From: Antedon mediterranea
Lineage: Eukaryota; Animalia; Echinodermata
Length of the DNA: 64,000 nucleotides
Reading direction: 5' to 3'
NCBI RefSeq assembly: GCF_964355755.1
Contig: NC_092673.1
Span: 32,051,648-32,115,647, forward strand
How positions within the stretch are numbered: position 1 is the first letter of the stretch; each line of letters opens with the position of its first letter. This document shows, in pieces, positions 1-12,559 of the stretch. Position numbers and translations under genes: made by a program. The notes under the pieces were generated by a model. The model had not been told where the DNA came from. It was given only the letters and a program-made list of their open reading frames with translations, and ran no database searches.

Positions 1-545
1 TGTATGTATTAATGTAATTTAACTCTTCCATGGATATGAGGTAGTATCGCATCCACTAATAGTGTGGAATGGAATCAGTGCTTTTGCATAACCCTCGGGC
101 AAGGCTTGAAAAATGTCTTTTATAGATACTTTCTTTTTTTGGATGTCCCTGTCATCATCCATTTGGATACCATGCTTTGGTAGTGAGACACTAGAATCAC
201 ACGTCTGTATCCCTAGAAGCAACACAACTGTGTCGTATCGGACATTGGCAGCATGACAAGTCTCGTGTCCGATTCTTCATGATCTGCGACCAGAGACAAC
301 GTAGACTTTTGATGATTTAACAACTGATTCTTTCATAAATCCACCAGCTGTGACAATTTCTTTGTCTATAGGAGCTTGACGAATCAACTCCTCTGATAGA
401 AATCGTGCCAGATCTGCTTTATTATCTTGTAATGCCAAAAAGTTTGACCAGCAATTTGGCAGCGGTATTTCATCACTTTCTATAATTCGACGAATTGGTC
501 TCTGTGTTTTGGTTCATCTTTGTCTAGTGGTGTCCTTTATCGACA
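1..545 (-). pseudogene. Academ-type transposase fragment (XPG/PIN-like region), frameshifted
   Basis: Minus-strand translation gives ...NKADLARFL...DHEESDTR...FHTISGCDTTS, motifs typical of the Academ XPG-like domain; broken frames. Confidence 0.65.
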
Positions 546-559
546 GTTTTAAGTTAGGC

Positions 560-1821
560 ATGACATGTTAAAAAAAAAAACCAGAGGCATTACCTCCAAC
601 AAGCGATACAGTGCACCAGCATATAAAAAGAGCACACTTCCAAGCACTCGTATTAAAAAAAAGCTGTATCGCCAATCCAGCATTTGCCATCATCAACAGA
701 TTCTGGTTGGGAGCTATCTAATGGTAAACTTCAACCAGTGCTTCTGGAAAATGAAGCTATTCCTACTGCTTCGTTAGAGATGATTTATTGTGGATGCAAG
801 ACACGATGCATAACCATATAGATGTAGGTGCAAGAAGTCAAAACTACCATGTACAGCTTTATGCTGCTGTAACAACGCTAAAGATGACGGAAACCTTTGC
901 ATGAATGATCAAAACTGATGCCCTTAACATGTTCATTCCAAATGTAGCTTACGTGTTCACATTTTTTTTCAAACCTATACAATCAAAATCTATCATATTG
1001 ATGGCAGGTAATTTCCAAATTTCCAAATGTAGCTGACATGTTCAAATTCTTTTTTAAATCCATAATCCATCATATTGATGGCAGGTACTATACAATCATA
1101 ATCCATCATATTGATGGCAGGTAATTTCCAAATTTCAAATGTAGCTGACGTGTTCAAATTTTTTTTTAAATCTATAATCATAATTCATCATTTTGATGGC
1201 AGGTAATTTTCAAATGTAGCTTACATGTTCAAATTCTTTTTTAAATCTATAATCATAGAAACACACATGTTTTAAACAATTTCAAAAGAAAAAGAAATTC
1301 ATAAGACCACAATTTTCAAAGTTATATTATTATTATATTATTATATTTGACTAATAGTTCAAAGGTCAATAGTTGTAGAATCGGCCATTTTTTGTAAAAA
1401 CATTTCATTATAATATATATGAATGTATAGTTTCTGAACAATTTGAGCCCTATTTCGTGTCTCTCCGATTATTGGTTACTGAGATACGATAAATCAAGGT
1501 CAAAGTTCAAAATGTCAGAAATAAGACTTGCATTCATTTTTTGAGAAAATGTGTCATTAAAGTGAATATGAAAACATATATTTAAAGCATTTTGAGACCA
1601 AAATTAATTATCTGTGACTAGTGGTTCTCGAGATATAGGGTAATTATAAAAAATGGCCGCCATTTTAAATTATGCAAATTAAGGGCTTAGATGGCCGAAT
1701 TTCGCTTGGGATCCACCATATTCGTAATCAGCGAGGTCGAAATATCCTAAATCAAGTGGATCCCAGCTTCTACCCAAAAATGCTTCTTACACCATATTTC
1801 AGAGGAAATAGAACTTGTCTA
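560..1821 (+). mobile_element. 3' end of Academ DNA transposon (Cys8 zinc-finger C-terminus, subterminal region, terminus ...CTTGTCTA)
   Basis: Plus strand encodes ALPPTSDTVHQHIKRAHFQ...GW...CGCKTRCITIRCRCKKSKLPCTALCCC, stop ~919; ends GAGGAAATAGAACTTGTCTA at 1821 (Academ termini are TAG...CTA). Confidence 0.6.
925..1260. repeat. Degenerate tandem repeat (ATCATATTGATGGCAGGTAATTTCCAAAT...GTAGCTGACATGTTCAAATT)
   Basis: Core TTGATGGCAGGTA recurs at ~997, 1075, 1111 and 1193. Confidence 0.85.
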
Positions 1822-2319
1822 TAATATGATGCTCAATTTGGTTTTGGATAGCTAAAGGAGACCATGAGAAACAAAAAGAAAAACTACATCTTTCAAAAGA
1901 AGGTGGGTTTAAACATAAATTATTTTATCGTACTGCAACATTTTATTGTGTCAGATCATTATCATAGCACACAATAATCATGATGCATTATGCTTATTTT
2001 GGAAATGGGCTGATGCAATCAAAATCATTTCCTCTCAACTGTCTCAAATATGTACCTTATCTGTCTCACACAGGATACAAACTGTAGTATAGTCACTGAG
2101 ATTTTTTCCCTATTTTTCAATGAGGATTTTAAAGACAACATCTTCCCCCTTCTTACATGCCCTCCCATAATAATAATACTAATTAAGAAGCAATTATTTA
2201 TTAATTTCATAGGTGAACTTCTAAAAAATTATTAAAACTTTAGAGAGGAATTTCAAAAAAACTTTCATTCAAGTAAAGAGCGTAAGTTTGTTAAACTAGC
2301 ATTTGAAGCACTTTAATAA

Positions 2320-2385
2320 GGGTGTCTAGAAAACTCAGATCTAGAAAACTCAGATCTCAGATATATCTGAGTTTTCTAGACACCC
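2320..2385. repeat. 66-bp hairpin / micro-MITE
   Basis: GGGTGTCTAGAAAACTCAGAT ... ATCTGAGTTTTCTAGACACCC perfect inverted ends. Confidence 0.8.
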
Positions 2386-3305
2386 AAGAATTTGCCATCT
2401 ATTTGTTTGTGACAAAATTATGAATACAGTAACTTTGTTGCTTAATGGTCTGCAAACATTTCCTATAAAAAAGATACTTTACATTCTGTGGTGCTAATGC
2501 ATTTTTTTTATTATAATGTTTAGGGCTAATGTTCTATCATTATTACATTACAATAAACTATTTTGTAATTGTAATTAGACAAACAACATAGCCATACATA
2601 CGGTGACCATTGATTGAATTTTGAATTGATTTTTTATTTCTAGTTATTTGTACTATTTCTTTTTTACAGAACAAATAGAAACGTATCTACTTAATAGACA
2701 CCAGTGGCACAACATCAACAAATTTACACCAGAAATTTGTAATCCTGATTATGTAGTTGATGTAAATGATGTTTTCAGTGATTTGGAATTCTGGGAAAAG
2801 AAAAGAAACGAGCCTATAATGTTAGATGATATGTTAAATGTTATCAAATCCAAACCAGCATGTAAAGTTCTTATAGAGAGTGAGATGGGTACTGGTAAAA
2901 CGACTTTATTAAGATACTTAGCATACAATGCCAAGGAGACTATTAAAGCCCTTGAAGGTAAAATCGTATTCCTTTTGAATGCAAGGGAGTTAGATACAAA
3001 TGAGGGAATCTTAGATTTGATGGTAAACCAACTGAAAATGAAAGATTTCAGTTCAAAGACCAATCTTCCACCTGATTCAAATTTGATTAAACGATTCATA
3101 GTAAATCATGTGGATAAAGTTGTGTTGATGTTAGACGGCTTTGAGGAATTAAGGTTTAAGAATACAAGCTTAATTACAATGTTGATAAAAGAAAACCTAG
3201 AGAAGAGCATTGTGATACTTTCATCAAGGTCGGAGAACCTTGATGAATTCATAAAAGTGAGTGATATACATGTAAGAGTTGCTGGATTTAGTGAAGATTC
3301 CATAG

Positions 3306-6300
3306 CAGTGGGACAGCCAGTCGACAAATCGTGTCAAATTTTGACTCGGAGAGGGCGCCCTACTTTTCTAATTTAGTTCAAAATTGCTAAATTTTAGGGT
3401 GTTGGAAAAACACAATATTTGTAAATTTAGCTGATATCGGAAAAATATTGTTAGTGAAATAAATTCATAAATGGTTTTAATATATTGTCATGTAAAATTA
3501 ATGTATTTGAACAAAACGATAATCTGTAATTTAACGGCAAAATCAACCAATGTCTTTTTTTCGAAATTGTACCCTAGAAAATCTTCTATATTTAGGCAAA
3601 TTGCCAAGGATAACCATAAGCAAATTCAATCACTATCCTTCTTAAAGGTGGCAATCCGTTCACGAGACAAACATATACACACAATGCTCTACATAAACAA
3701 AGTCTATATTACAAGTCTTTGGGAGTGAAGTTGTAAATTGTCATTAGAAAAAATCCTAACATATGACAGGACTTGAACCCAGGACCCTTGGATTGGCAGC
3801 CAAGCATCATAACCACCATACATTCTAATACAACGTATATTATTACTTGTTTATTTATCACAGTATACATTTTAGTTGAGGAATATTTATCATAACTATT
3901 ATAATAGCTTTTATACGAGTCTGAGGCCTAGCCCTATTAGCGACCGATTGTTCCAGGAGCGGAAAGTCACTTAGTGACGTTGTGATCGGGCGCGTCGGGC
4001 CTAGCTAATATTAATAATATGACCTGAAATAAGCGGCTAACAAGAACTGTTATATACTTGCTTACAATTGTTTTGTTATTGATGAACAAACAAGCAATTT
4101 ATAGATTGAATAACAAATTATTTATTCATTTATTTTGGGTAAAAACATGTACAAACTAGTACTGTATAATATAAATTATAATAACTAGATGGTACTCTCG
4201 CTTCGCTCGCGTACCATCTAGGTCGTGCCCACAGATGGTTCTGGAATACATAATAATTTCAGCGTTAAAAAACTGGCGATTTCAAATGTACGTACCGCAG
4301 GACAATAATACATGTCGTGTACAGGAACGAATAAATAGACACTGTGATTTATGTACTCAACTAAAATTAGCACCCTATTACTTCCGAAAGAGAAACTTGT
4401 CACAAAATAAGACCAATTGTTTAAGTCAAATTTAAACAAACTTAATTTGTGTTTTGTATGTAACATTAGGGTTGAGGGATGGGGAAGAGGATGGGTGCAA
4501 AGAGGAAAAATGTTAAAATATATTCTTTATCCATTTAGTAACGAAACATTAATTGCTTTCATGTTTTACAAATAATATACCATTAAACACAGTAAAACAT
4601 TGCGATGTAATACTTTGTTGAAACTATCACCGTCCTAGTCGATTGAAATAGTACAGCACATGTAAAGATACATCACTACGACGTGTATATGTTTATAATA
4701 TAATGTAAAACAATTTGTGAAAACCACCTCTATTCGGGGAAAATCATAAATTCGATTTAATCGTCAATAAATATTAAATTATCTAACTCAACTTAATTAG
4801 TAGGCCTAACGGTTTTCAATTGTTTCTTAGAGCCAATTCATACTTAAGTTGGTTCCTATCCTACCCACCAAAGTTGTTCTGCGTTTAGGGCATGTGATGT
4901 ACCGTAGGCCTATTCTCTACTGGTTTTACAACGCTACTCATGCCAGTGAGGGAAGGTGATGATGTGGGTGGTTTAACTGCAATAATAAAGATTTGTACAT
5001 AATATACGGCGAGTGAAAACGCTAGCTCATTATCCGTTTAAAAAAATTATATCCAACCTCTGCAGCACAGATTGAAAACAAAAATGGATCAAATTTCGAG
5101 TATACAGTTCTGTACTTGCCTTTACGACGCCTGAGGGAATAGACACTTTCATCGCAAATCAATACATTTGTATAATCGTATATTAAATCTATCAAAATAG
5201 TATTTTTTAAGAAAATCGGCCTGTCTTCAACATTATGATGCTGTACTCTAGCTGTTCAACCGGTTTTCAGCTATTAAAAACAATTATCGTAGGAGGAGAT
5301 AGGAAAATGCGAAGCTTTCTCGTATTTTTGTGGCGGGTATTTTTCAAGATGGACATCCATTAGACAGTGTATACCACGATCGGAAAACACCCCTATTTGG
5401 GGGCAAATCGTTGAACCTAAATTCGTTTTAATCGTCAATAACTAATTACCTAACTCAATTTAATTAGTAAACAGGTTACATCAGATGGTTAAAATCAATA
5501 CCGAAAGTACGAACCAACTTTATAATTATACCATCGAGTAGAAATTCTAGAAATAAACCGAGATTTACCGAATTTTGCCCTTACGTAAATTTATATATAG
5601 ATAGTAATATAAACTAATACAGTATTAATAAAATATAAAATAGGCCTAACATACAATAAATATTCAATTTTTAAGGTCTACCACATGACAATAACATAAT
5701 TTACAGAGTATAGTGTAGTAGGTTTGCATTCAACATAAATATATGTATTGTAATTCATCTAAATCCTCTGCAACATATATATATATATTTGTAATTCAAC
5801 ATTTTGTTTTAAATAATTAAATTATAGTTTGGGTATGACAATGTCGGTAGGTACCGGTGTCATCTTTTCATCCACTTCACTCTCAGTTTGAAGTCACAAA
5901 GACAAAGAACTCTGCATCATCAACGATTCCTGAAAGTGTCAGAAAAAATAATAAATATTATTTTAAAAAAATGTTAATGTCTGGTTGTATATATAATTAT
6001 AATATTATATGATGACATAAAAGTAAGGCAAATGGAAGCTGTATTTTATTAATTAAATTACAGTATTTACTATTATTATTTATATAATCTAGGCCTACTA
6101 GTACTAGTAGCCTGCTAGGCATCTATTGAGCCTAATAAATCAAATAATAAATGAAAAATAAAATAATAATTTTATACTGATTGAAAAAAAGTATTTTTTT
6201 TTGCGGGGATCAGATCACCAGGCTAGGCCGGCCAGGACCAATGATACTCGTAATCAGTAAAACTTAACGACTATCGGATCAACATCAACACAGTACAACA

Positions 6301-6855
6301 CACGTCTCGCTATCGCCTATACTGACACACGTGTCTCGCTTTGCCGAAACCACGCTCTCAGCTAGAAAATGTACCTACCTTTCGAGGCCTGAGAATACAC
6401 CAACAAATTTTGAACAGGATAGAAATATATCATACTCGATTAAACTAATATTATTCTTGATAAAACAATTGATTATAATTTTTTTAATTTGTTGGGATGC
6501 ACCTCCGACTATTCAGAAAATGGACAACAAAACAGTAGTCAAATCGTACCACATTTATAAATTTCACGAGTCCCGACTTCAGTCGCCGAATGTATTGTAT
6601 TAGCTTCGGTTTCTTTGAAGGAAACCAATTGGTTATTCAATAATACTTATTAGGAAATGCTTTTACCATAATAGGTAATGTTGGTCGGTTCTTAAATATT
6701 CATGAGAGCTTAAAATATAACAGCACTTATTTGCTAGGCGACGAAAAATCGTGGTTTCAGTTTTCAACGATAGGTGGCGCTTCAAAATCGTCAATGCGGA
6801 AGTAAGTCGATTTTACACGATTTAACGGTCAAAACGCGAAGTGGCTTTCCCACTG
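3306..6855. mobile_element. Non-autonomous TIR DNA transposon with 4-bp TSD (ATAG)
   Basis: TIRs CAGTGGGACAGCCA / TGGCTTTCCCACTG; ATAG at 3302-3305 and 6856-6859; no transposase ORF; tRNA-derived segment near 3765-3820. Confidence 0.9.
4185..5601 (-). mobile_element. Non-autonomous Helitron, copy 1
   Basis: On minus: A|TC start at 5601, GC-rich hairpin and CTAG|T end at 4185, no TSD; homologous to 12560-13864. Confidence 0.85.
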
Positions 6856-7789
6856 ATAGGAAAGTATTTTGACAAACACTTTGGGTATTTTGGTAAACGA
6901 GAATTGGGAAATTCCCTTAGAAAGGAATTGGGTATTGGCAAACAAGTTTCGAATCGTAAACACCCCAAAATGTTTTCATTGTGCAACAATGCCATGTTTC
7001 TTCTCACAGTTTGTATTTTGTGGGAAGATATGCGAAGTCTTCCTCATAACAAAGCTGACATTGCTAAAGTATTTTTTATTAATATTTTGAATCAGTTTAG
7101 AAAAGAGAAATACCCAAACATCTCTCAATTTCAGCAAATTCCATTGGAATATGAAAATTCTATGATTTTGTTAGGGAAAAGTATGTTTAACAGCTTAAAA
7201 GTAAACCACCTTTCAATAAAGAAAAAAGACCTTAACGCAATAGCAAACAAGGATATTGTTGACTTGGCTTTGAAACTTGGATTTGTTTATAGAGATGCAC
7301 CAATTGGAATATCTAACTTTGAAGTGATTTACATGCCTCTTCATAAATTAATATGGGAGTCATTGGTAGGGTTTTACTTGTGCAAATTATGTGAAGCAGA
7401 AAGTGTGGAGTGCACAAAGGATACACGAGAATTACTTACCCAATTGAGTGATGATGACTGGCAGTTGATAAGAGAAAGTGAGCATTTAGAGAGGGCAAAA
7501 CAGTTTGCAATTTATTTCCTTGGTGGTGATGCGGATAAATTATTGAAGCATTGGATTACTGATAATATAACATATCAGGACCAATTTTTCCGCAGTTTTT
7601 ATACAACTGTGTCAGCCAACTGCAAAGGACGAGTTCTTGCCCACATTTTAGGCCTTGCTAATGTGGTTAACTTTGACATGCATAATTCCAATCTAACAGG
7701 TGATGTAATGAATGAAACGATTAGAGAGTGCTCTTATAGAGGATTTGAGTTGACAGTACATGCTCTAAATATTAGTAATAATTACTTTA

Positions 7790-8644
7790 GTGACATTGAT
7801 GGTGTTTTACTAGGTAAGTTTTTGAGTACATCGCCTAACCTGATTAAACTTGGCATGCATGATTGTCAACTATTAGGTAATGTAATGAATGAAATGATGA
7901 GAGTACATGCAAGAGATGAGTTAGAATTACAAGATCTTGATATTGCAAATAATGATATCAGTGACATAGATGGTACTTTACTTAGTACTTTCTTGAGAAA
8001 GTGTCCTAAGATGGTTAAACTTTACATTTATAATTGCAAACTATCAGGTAATGTAATGAATGACATGATGAGAGAGCATGCAGTAGATGAGGTAGAATTA
8101 CAAGAGCTTAATATTAGGAATAATAATATAAGTTACATAGATGGTACTTTACTAGGTACTTTCTTGAATAAGTGTCCTAAGCTGGTTAAACTTTACATGT
8201 CTAATTGCAAACTGTCAGGTTATGTGATGAATGAAATGATGAGAGTGCATGCAAGAGATAACTTAGAATTACAAGAGCTTAGTATTGGGAATAATAATAT
8301 CAGTGACATAGATGGTACTTTACTAGGTACTTTCTTGAGTAAGTGTCCTAAGCTGGTTAAACTTCTCATGTATAATTGCAAACTATCAGGTAGCGTAATG
8401 AATGAAATGATGAGAGTACATGCAAGAGATAAGTTAGAATTACAAGAGCTTAGTATTGGGAATAATAATATCAGTGACATAGATGGTACTTTACTTAGTA
8501 CTTTCTTGAGGAAGTGTCCTAAGATGGTTAAACTTTACATGTCTAATTGCAAACTGTCAGGTAATGTAATGAATGACATGATGAGAGTGCATGCAAGAGA
8601 TAAGTTATAATTACAAGAGCTTAGTATTGGGAATAATAATATTC
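7790..8644 (+). repeat. 171-bp (57-aa, paired RI-type LRR) coding tandem array, ~5 units
   Basis: GATGGT(A/G)(C/T)TTTA at 7798, 7969, 8140, 8311, 8482. Confidence 0.95.
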
Positions 8645-8842
8645 TTAATTAATGAATTTCCGCCAGGTGTTTCTTTGTCTCTTAATTATTATTTTTGGCG
8701 CGAGGTTCTGGTACGTGGTGAGTGACGTCATTACTTTATTTATGATTTAAGACGGTGTAAGAAAGAGACTCGGTTATTGTTGTACTATTTTCCAGTTATT
8801 CTGTCTATTTTTGCGTAGAGTATCTCTTTACAGTATTTCATT

Positions 8843-10451
8843 ATGTCTGGAAGTATATATTTTTCGCAAGGGAGTTATGTAGATACTGTTATAATAATTA
8901 GCAATGATGAGGAGACTGTTGTTGTTCCAGGCAGTGATATAGATGATCGTTACACGGAGGCCGAAGAGGTTATCCCCGTCGAAATAGATGAAGGAGTCGA
9001 AAAGAGTAACAGGCCTACAAGTTGTATATTTACGTACGTAGACGAGGTGGAGAGAGAATTTTTGTTGAAAATGGAGCGTTTGATTAAAAAATTGTTTGCT
9101 GCTCAAGTGTTAGCCAAGTGTTGGGTTTTAAGTAAAGCGGCTTGTTATGGTTGTGAATTTGACAGGAGCAGTCAAAAAGATCATGATTTCTGTTGTATGA
9201 AGTCTCTAGAAGAACAGATTGAATATTTTTATCGGGAGGTTCTGGATAAGAAGTATGTTTCAGTCGATATCGTTTACAACAAACTAAATATGCACGGAGA
9301 ATATTCATTGCCTCGGTATAGACATTTCGTTTATTTTCTTGTCAATACCCTGATTAATTCAGAGACTATTTTTAACACTTTGACTGCCAAACACGAAGAT
9401 CTTCGTTTTTGGAAACACAACGCTTGACTGCCAAAAACGAAGATCTTCGTTTTTCGCGTTTTTTTGCGAAATCCGGTAGATAGGTTAATTATTGGTATAT
9501 ACTATAAATATGAACACTATATTCGGTCTGGACCGTTAATATTTTACAGTTTGAAAGTAACTAATCTGGTTACGAACGACTGTCAAAATGGTACCTGTCG
9601 AAATAACAAACACCGCGCATCACAGTAGCGCGTAGAGCGATGGCTTGGCGCATTGTGTATCGGTCACGCGCTAGCTATGCCGCCGAAGCATTACAAAGGT
9701 TTTTGTGGATTGACATGTTTGTTTGTTATCTGAATAAAAAATAATGGAGTCATTTTCAATATGAAGTCTTTAATTTTATTATTGTATGTATACCCTAATT
9801 GCTTTGGTGTTTTACTGAAAGTGACCGAGTTTCACGCAACAAACTTGTTTTGAAATGGTATGGTTATTATCATCAGTTTACTATCTCCTAGGCCTAGGCT
9901 AGTAGTACTAGGCTAGCCTAGCCCTAGTCGTAAAACGGTTCCGGACCAACTTTAGGCCTGGTTAACTAGGCCTGGTGTCTTTACTATGTGGATTTTGGCG
10001 AAACATTGATGTAAGATTTATGATTTATAAAATGTAATACATTTTTCGATAGTGATAACTTGTTTTTATAGGCCTATCGGTGCCGTGTAAGTAACTTTTT
10101 CGTTGTTTGTTGATCTCACCGGGCGATATTTTCATATTGTGATGTCTTGCACAAAATCGCGATTATCTCGACTTTCTTGCGCGAAACTACGAAAAATTCA
10201 AAAAGTGGGTTACTTTCATTTTACTATTACGATTTACATATTGCGATTTAAAAATCGTTCTTGGTACCATTGTAAAGCTAAAATCTTTATGATTATTTTA
10301 GTCTAAATTACATATAAATCAGATCACATACATGGTTTCAATCAGCTTTAATAAAAACATCGAATTGGGCTAAAAACGCTAGCGGTGGCAGTTTCTAACT
10401 GGAAAAACCTCTGGCAGTCAAAGTGTTAAGCTGTTGTGCGAGGACATTTAA
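8843..10451 (+). CDS. Uncharacterised Cys/His-motif protein (CYGC-x5-SQ-x2-H-x2-CC), 3' end interrupted by piggyBac-like insertion
   Basis: ORF from 8843; removing 9376-10429 restores ...SETIFKLLCEDI* (stop 10449-10451); CRE-like TGACGTCA upstream at ~8723. Confidence 0.65.
9376..10425. mobile_element. piggyBac-like non-autonomous element
   Basis: TTAA TSDs 9372-9375 and 10426-10429; TIR CACTTTGACTGCCA / TGGCAGTCAAAGTG. Confidence 0.9.
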
Positions 10452-10610
10452 ATTGTGTTTCGCACGTGTCACGGAAACGATTGACCGGAGATAACAATCA
10501 TTATCTTTTTAATTACTGTACTGGGCTACTTCCCTACTGAGCTGCATATATATCCTGATTCAAGCGTAATCGTTCGTTTCACTCTCTGTAAATCTCTACA
10601 GTCTATAAAC

Positions 10611-11591
10611 ATGAGTTTCAGCTTTTTACCTACTCCGAAATTAGCAATTGGCGAGAAACCCCGTAGGACAATGAAAAGAGTTATGGGGAGTTCTAATGGT
10701 CAAGCTGACGAGTGTAGCAGTTTAAAAATACCAACGATGGCTTCTACATCAGCGAATATATTGGATCCTCGAAATTCTTTTAACGGTCAAACAGATGAGT
10801 GTAATGGTTTTAGTAAAGCCTCAGGAATGAGCGCCCGGGATTTTGCCGTAATGACCGATGATGTACCAAAGATTTTCATAACTTCAAAGAATCGGATTTT
10901 CTTGTCTGAAAAACGCCATGTAGTGGCCCAACGATGGGGTGACGAGGTGTATGTTTGTCTCAGAGAGTATTACCAAACGGAAGAATATGGTGCCTTCAAA
11001 CCTGGACCTCTAGGTATTAATTTACCCGTTCTACTGTGGCAAAAACTGTTTAACAATATCAATTTAATTCTCCAGTCACTGGAAGACTTACAAAGAGACA
11101 TTAACATGGTGGAGGCAGTAAGAATCCCACTTTCGGACATAATTCATGTGGTAGTTAGTAACTGGAAAGAAGAACAATTTGTGTGTATTCGTCGCTATTA
11201 CCAGTCTGAAGAATGAGGAAAGTTTAAACCCGGTAAAAAAGGTGTAAACCTTCCAAAGAGTCAGTGGTTCAAGTTAATTGAAAAACACGGTGAAATACAA
11301 AAGATGATTGAGGAGGTTGGTAATGATAATGCAGCTACTGTTGAAGGGGGTGTTGACAAAAACGATAATGGAGGACGTTTATTCAATTCAGAACATCAAT
11401 TGCTACCTCCTGATAAGATATCGGTGCAAAAGATAAAAGGAGAAAATTTAGACTGTGATTACCTTCAACTTCTTGATAAAGAAGCAGCCGATACATTGTT
11501 TAAAAAATGTGAAGAAGAGATTGACTATTTTACCGGAGATCTTGCAAAGGTGAAAGTGTACGGAAAGTGGTTTAATATTCCTAGAAAACAG
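10611..11591 (+). pseudogene. Tandem PC4 (ssDNA-binding) domains fused to N-terminal part of an ALKBH2-like dioxygenase; one in-frame TGA
   Basis: PC4-like VYVCLREYY...FKPGPLGINLPVLLWQKL and FVCIRRYY...*GKFKPGKKGVNLPKSQWFKL; ORFs 10611 and 11304 share a frame across TGA 11214-11216; ENLDCDY...ADTLFKKCEEEIDYFTGDLAKVKVYGKWFNIPRKQ resembles ALKBH2; GT donor at 11592. Confidence 0.8.
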
Positions 11592-12559
11592 GTTAGTTCC
11601 ATTATGTTTCTATCCGTGGTTTTGTATTAATGACTTGTTAATTACTTGTATATCGTTTCCTTTGTTTATACCTATACACATTTATTGTCGATTATATTGA
11701 GTTCTGTTTCAAAATTACAGGCCTACACAAAATAGTTAAATATGATAATGTTAATTTTTAGTTAGTCATTTGCGAAAATGGCTGTCAAATTTATTTAAAA
11801 GTGAAACAAAAAAAGTGAGATTAATAAAGCTAGATGAATGATCTTGGTCAGGGAATCCATTATGTTTATACATTCAGATACATTTAATAGTTGTTATATT
11901 GTATTATCTGAAATTGTCTCATTTTTTTTCTAAAATGTGCAAAAAATCGTATCTAAATAAGCTAGATACATCATTGTGATTTTGGTTTCCAATCATGTAT
12001 TTCAGACAAAGTATTTGATTTAAAATAAAAACACAATGTTGGCATTCATGGAATACACTTAATATTTATGAATTGATTTAATGAGAATTAACTATGATAT
12101 GGGATCTTAATTAATTATTTTTCATCAGATGGATGATGATAATAATATTAATTTAATAGATGGTCGGAAATGGCACTCACACGTTATATAAATGTATTAG
12201 CAATTGATGTGTTAAAAATGAAAACTGAGGTACTTAGCGTATAAAAAGGTGACATTTCCTCCAAAGGCCTATTTTGAGTAAAAGCATCACCACATAGCAC
12301 ATTGCGCAAGTCAGCGTTTGCACATGGCAGAAAAGAGTGCTTGCCCAGGGCCATTAAGACTTGTTGTGAAGGGAATTTTGTTTTGATTACGTTGAGTGGG
12401 CGTACGTCTAGGGGAATCCCCGAAAAAAAAGTGCACTTTCGGTGAAAAAGTAAATTCAATGCTTATTATAGCTCAATATTTATTACATTATAATTTGTTG
12501 AGGAAAATAAATATATCAATAAATAGATATTGATACAGTTGAGTATGTAATGGTTGCTA

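Larger units (their letters stand above)
2670..8644 (+). pseudogene. NLR-family NACHT-LRR gene, disrupted (NACHT 2670-3305; insertion; HD1/WH/LRR 6860-8644)
   Basis: Acceptor TTTTACAG at 2661-2669; Walker A-like ESEMGTGKTT, Walker B VVLMLDGFEE, sensor-1 IVILSSR; removing 3306-6859 restores GFSEDSI|GKYFDKHF in frame; RI-like LRRs; GAA>TAA at 8608-8610; truncated at ~8645; probable upstream mini-exon 2213-2281 has an in-frame stop. Confidence 0.9.

Noticed and set aside
7790-8644. Regular repeats as a CRISPR-like array
   Set aside because: Contiguous in-frame coding LRR units with no unique spacers; eukaryotic context
11214-11216. TGA as selenocysteine or programmed readthrough
   Set aside because: Not at a catalytic Cys-like position, no SECIS recognised, and the cassette is otherwise truncated; nonsense mutation is simpler
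11721-11735. Next ALKBH2 exon after acceptor TTACAG
   Set aside because: Reads AYTK* and lacks the expected YGD motif; cannot support
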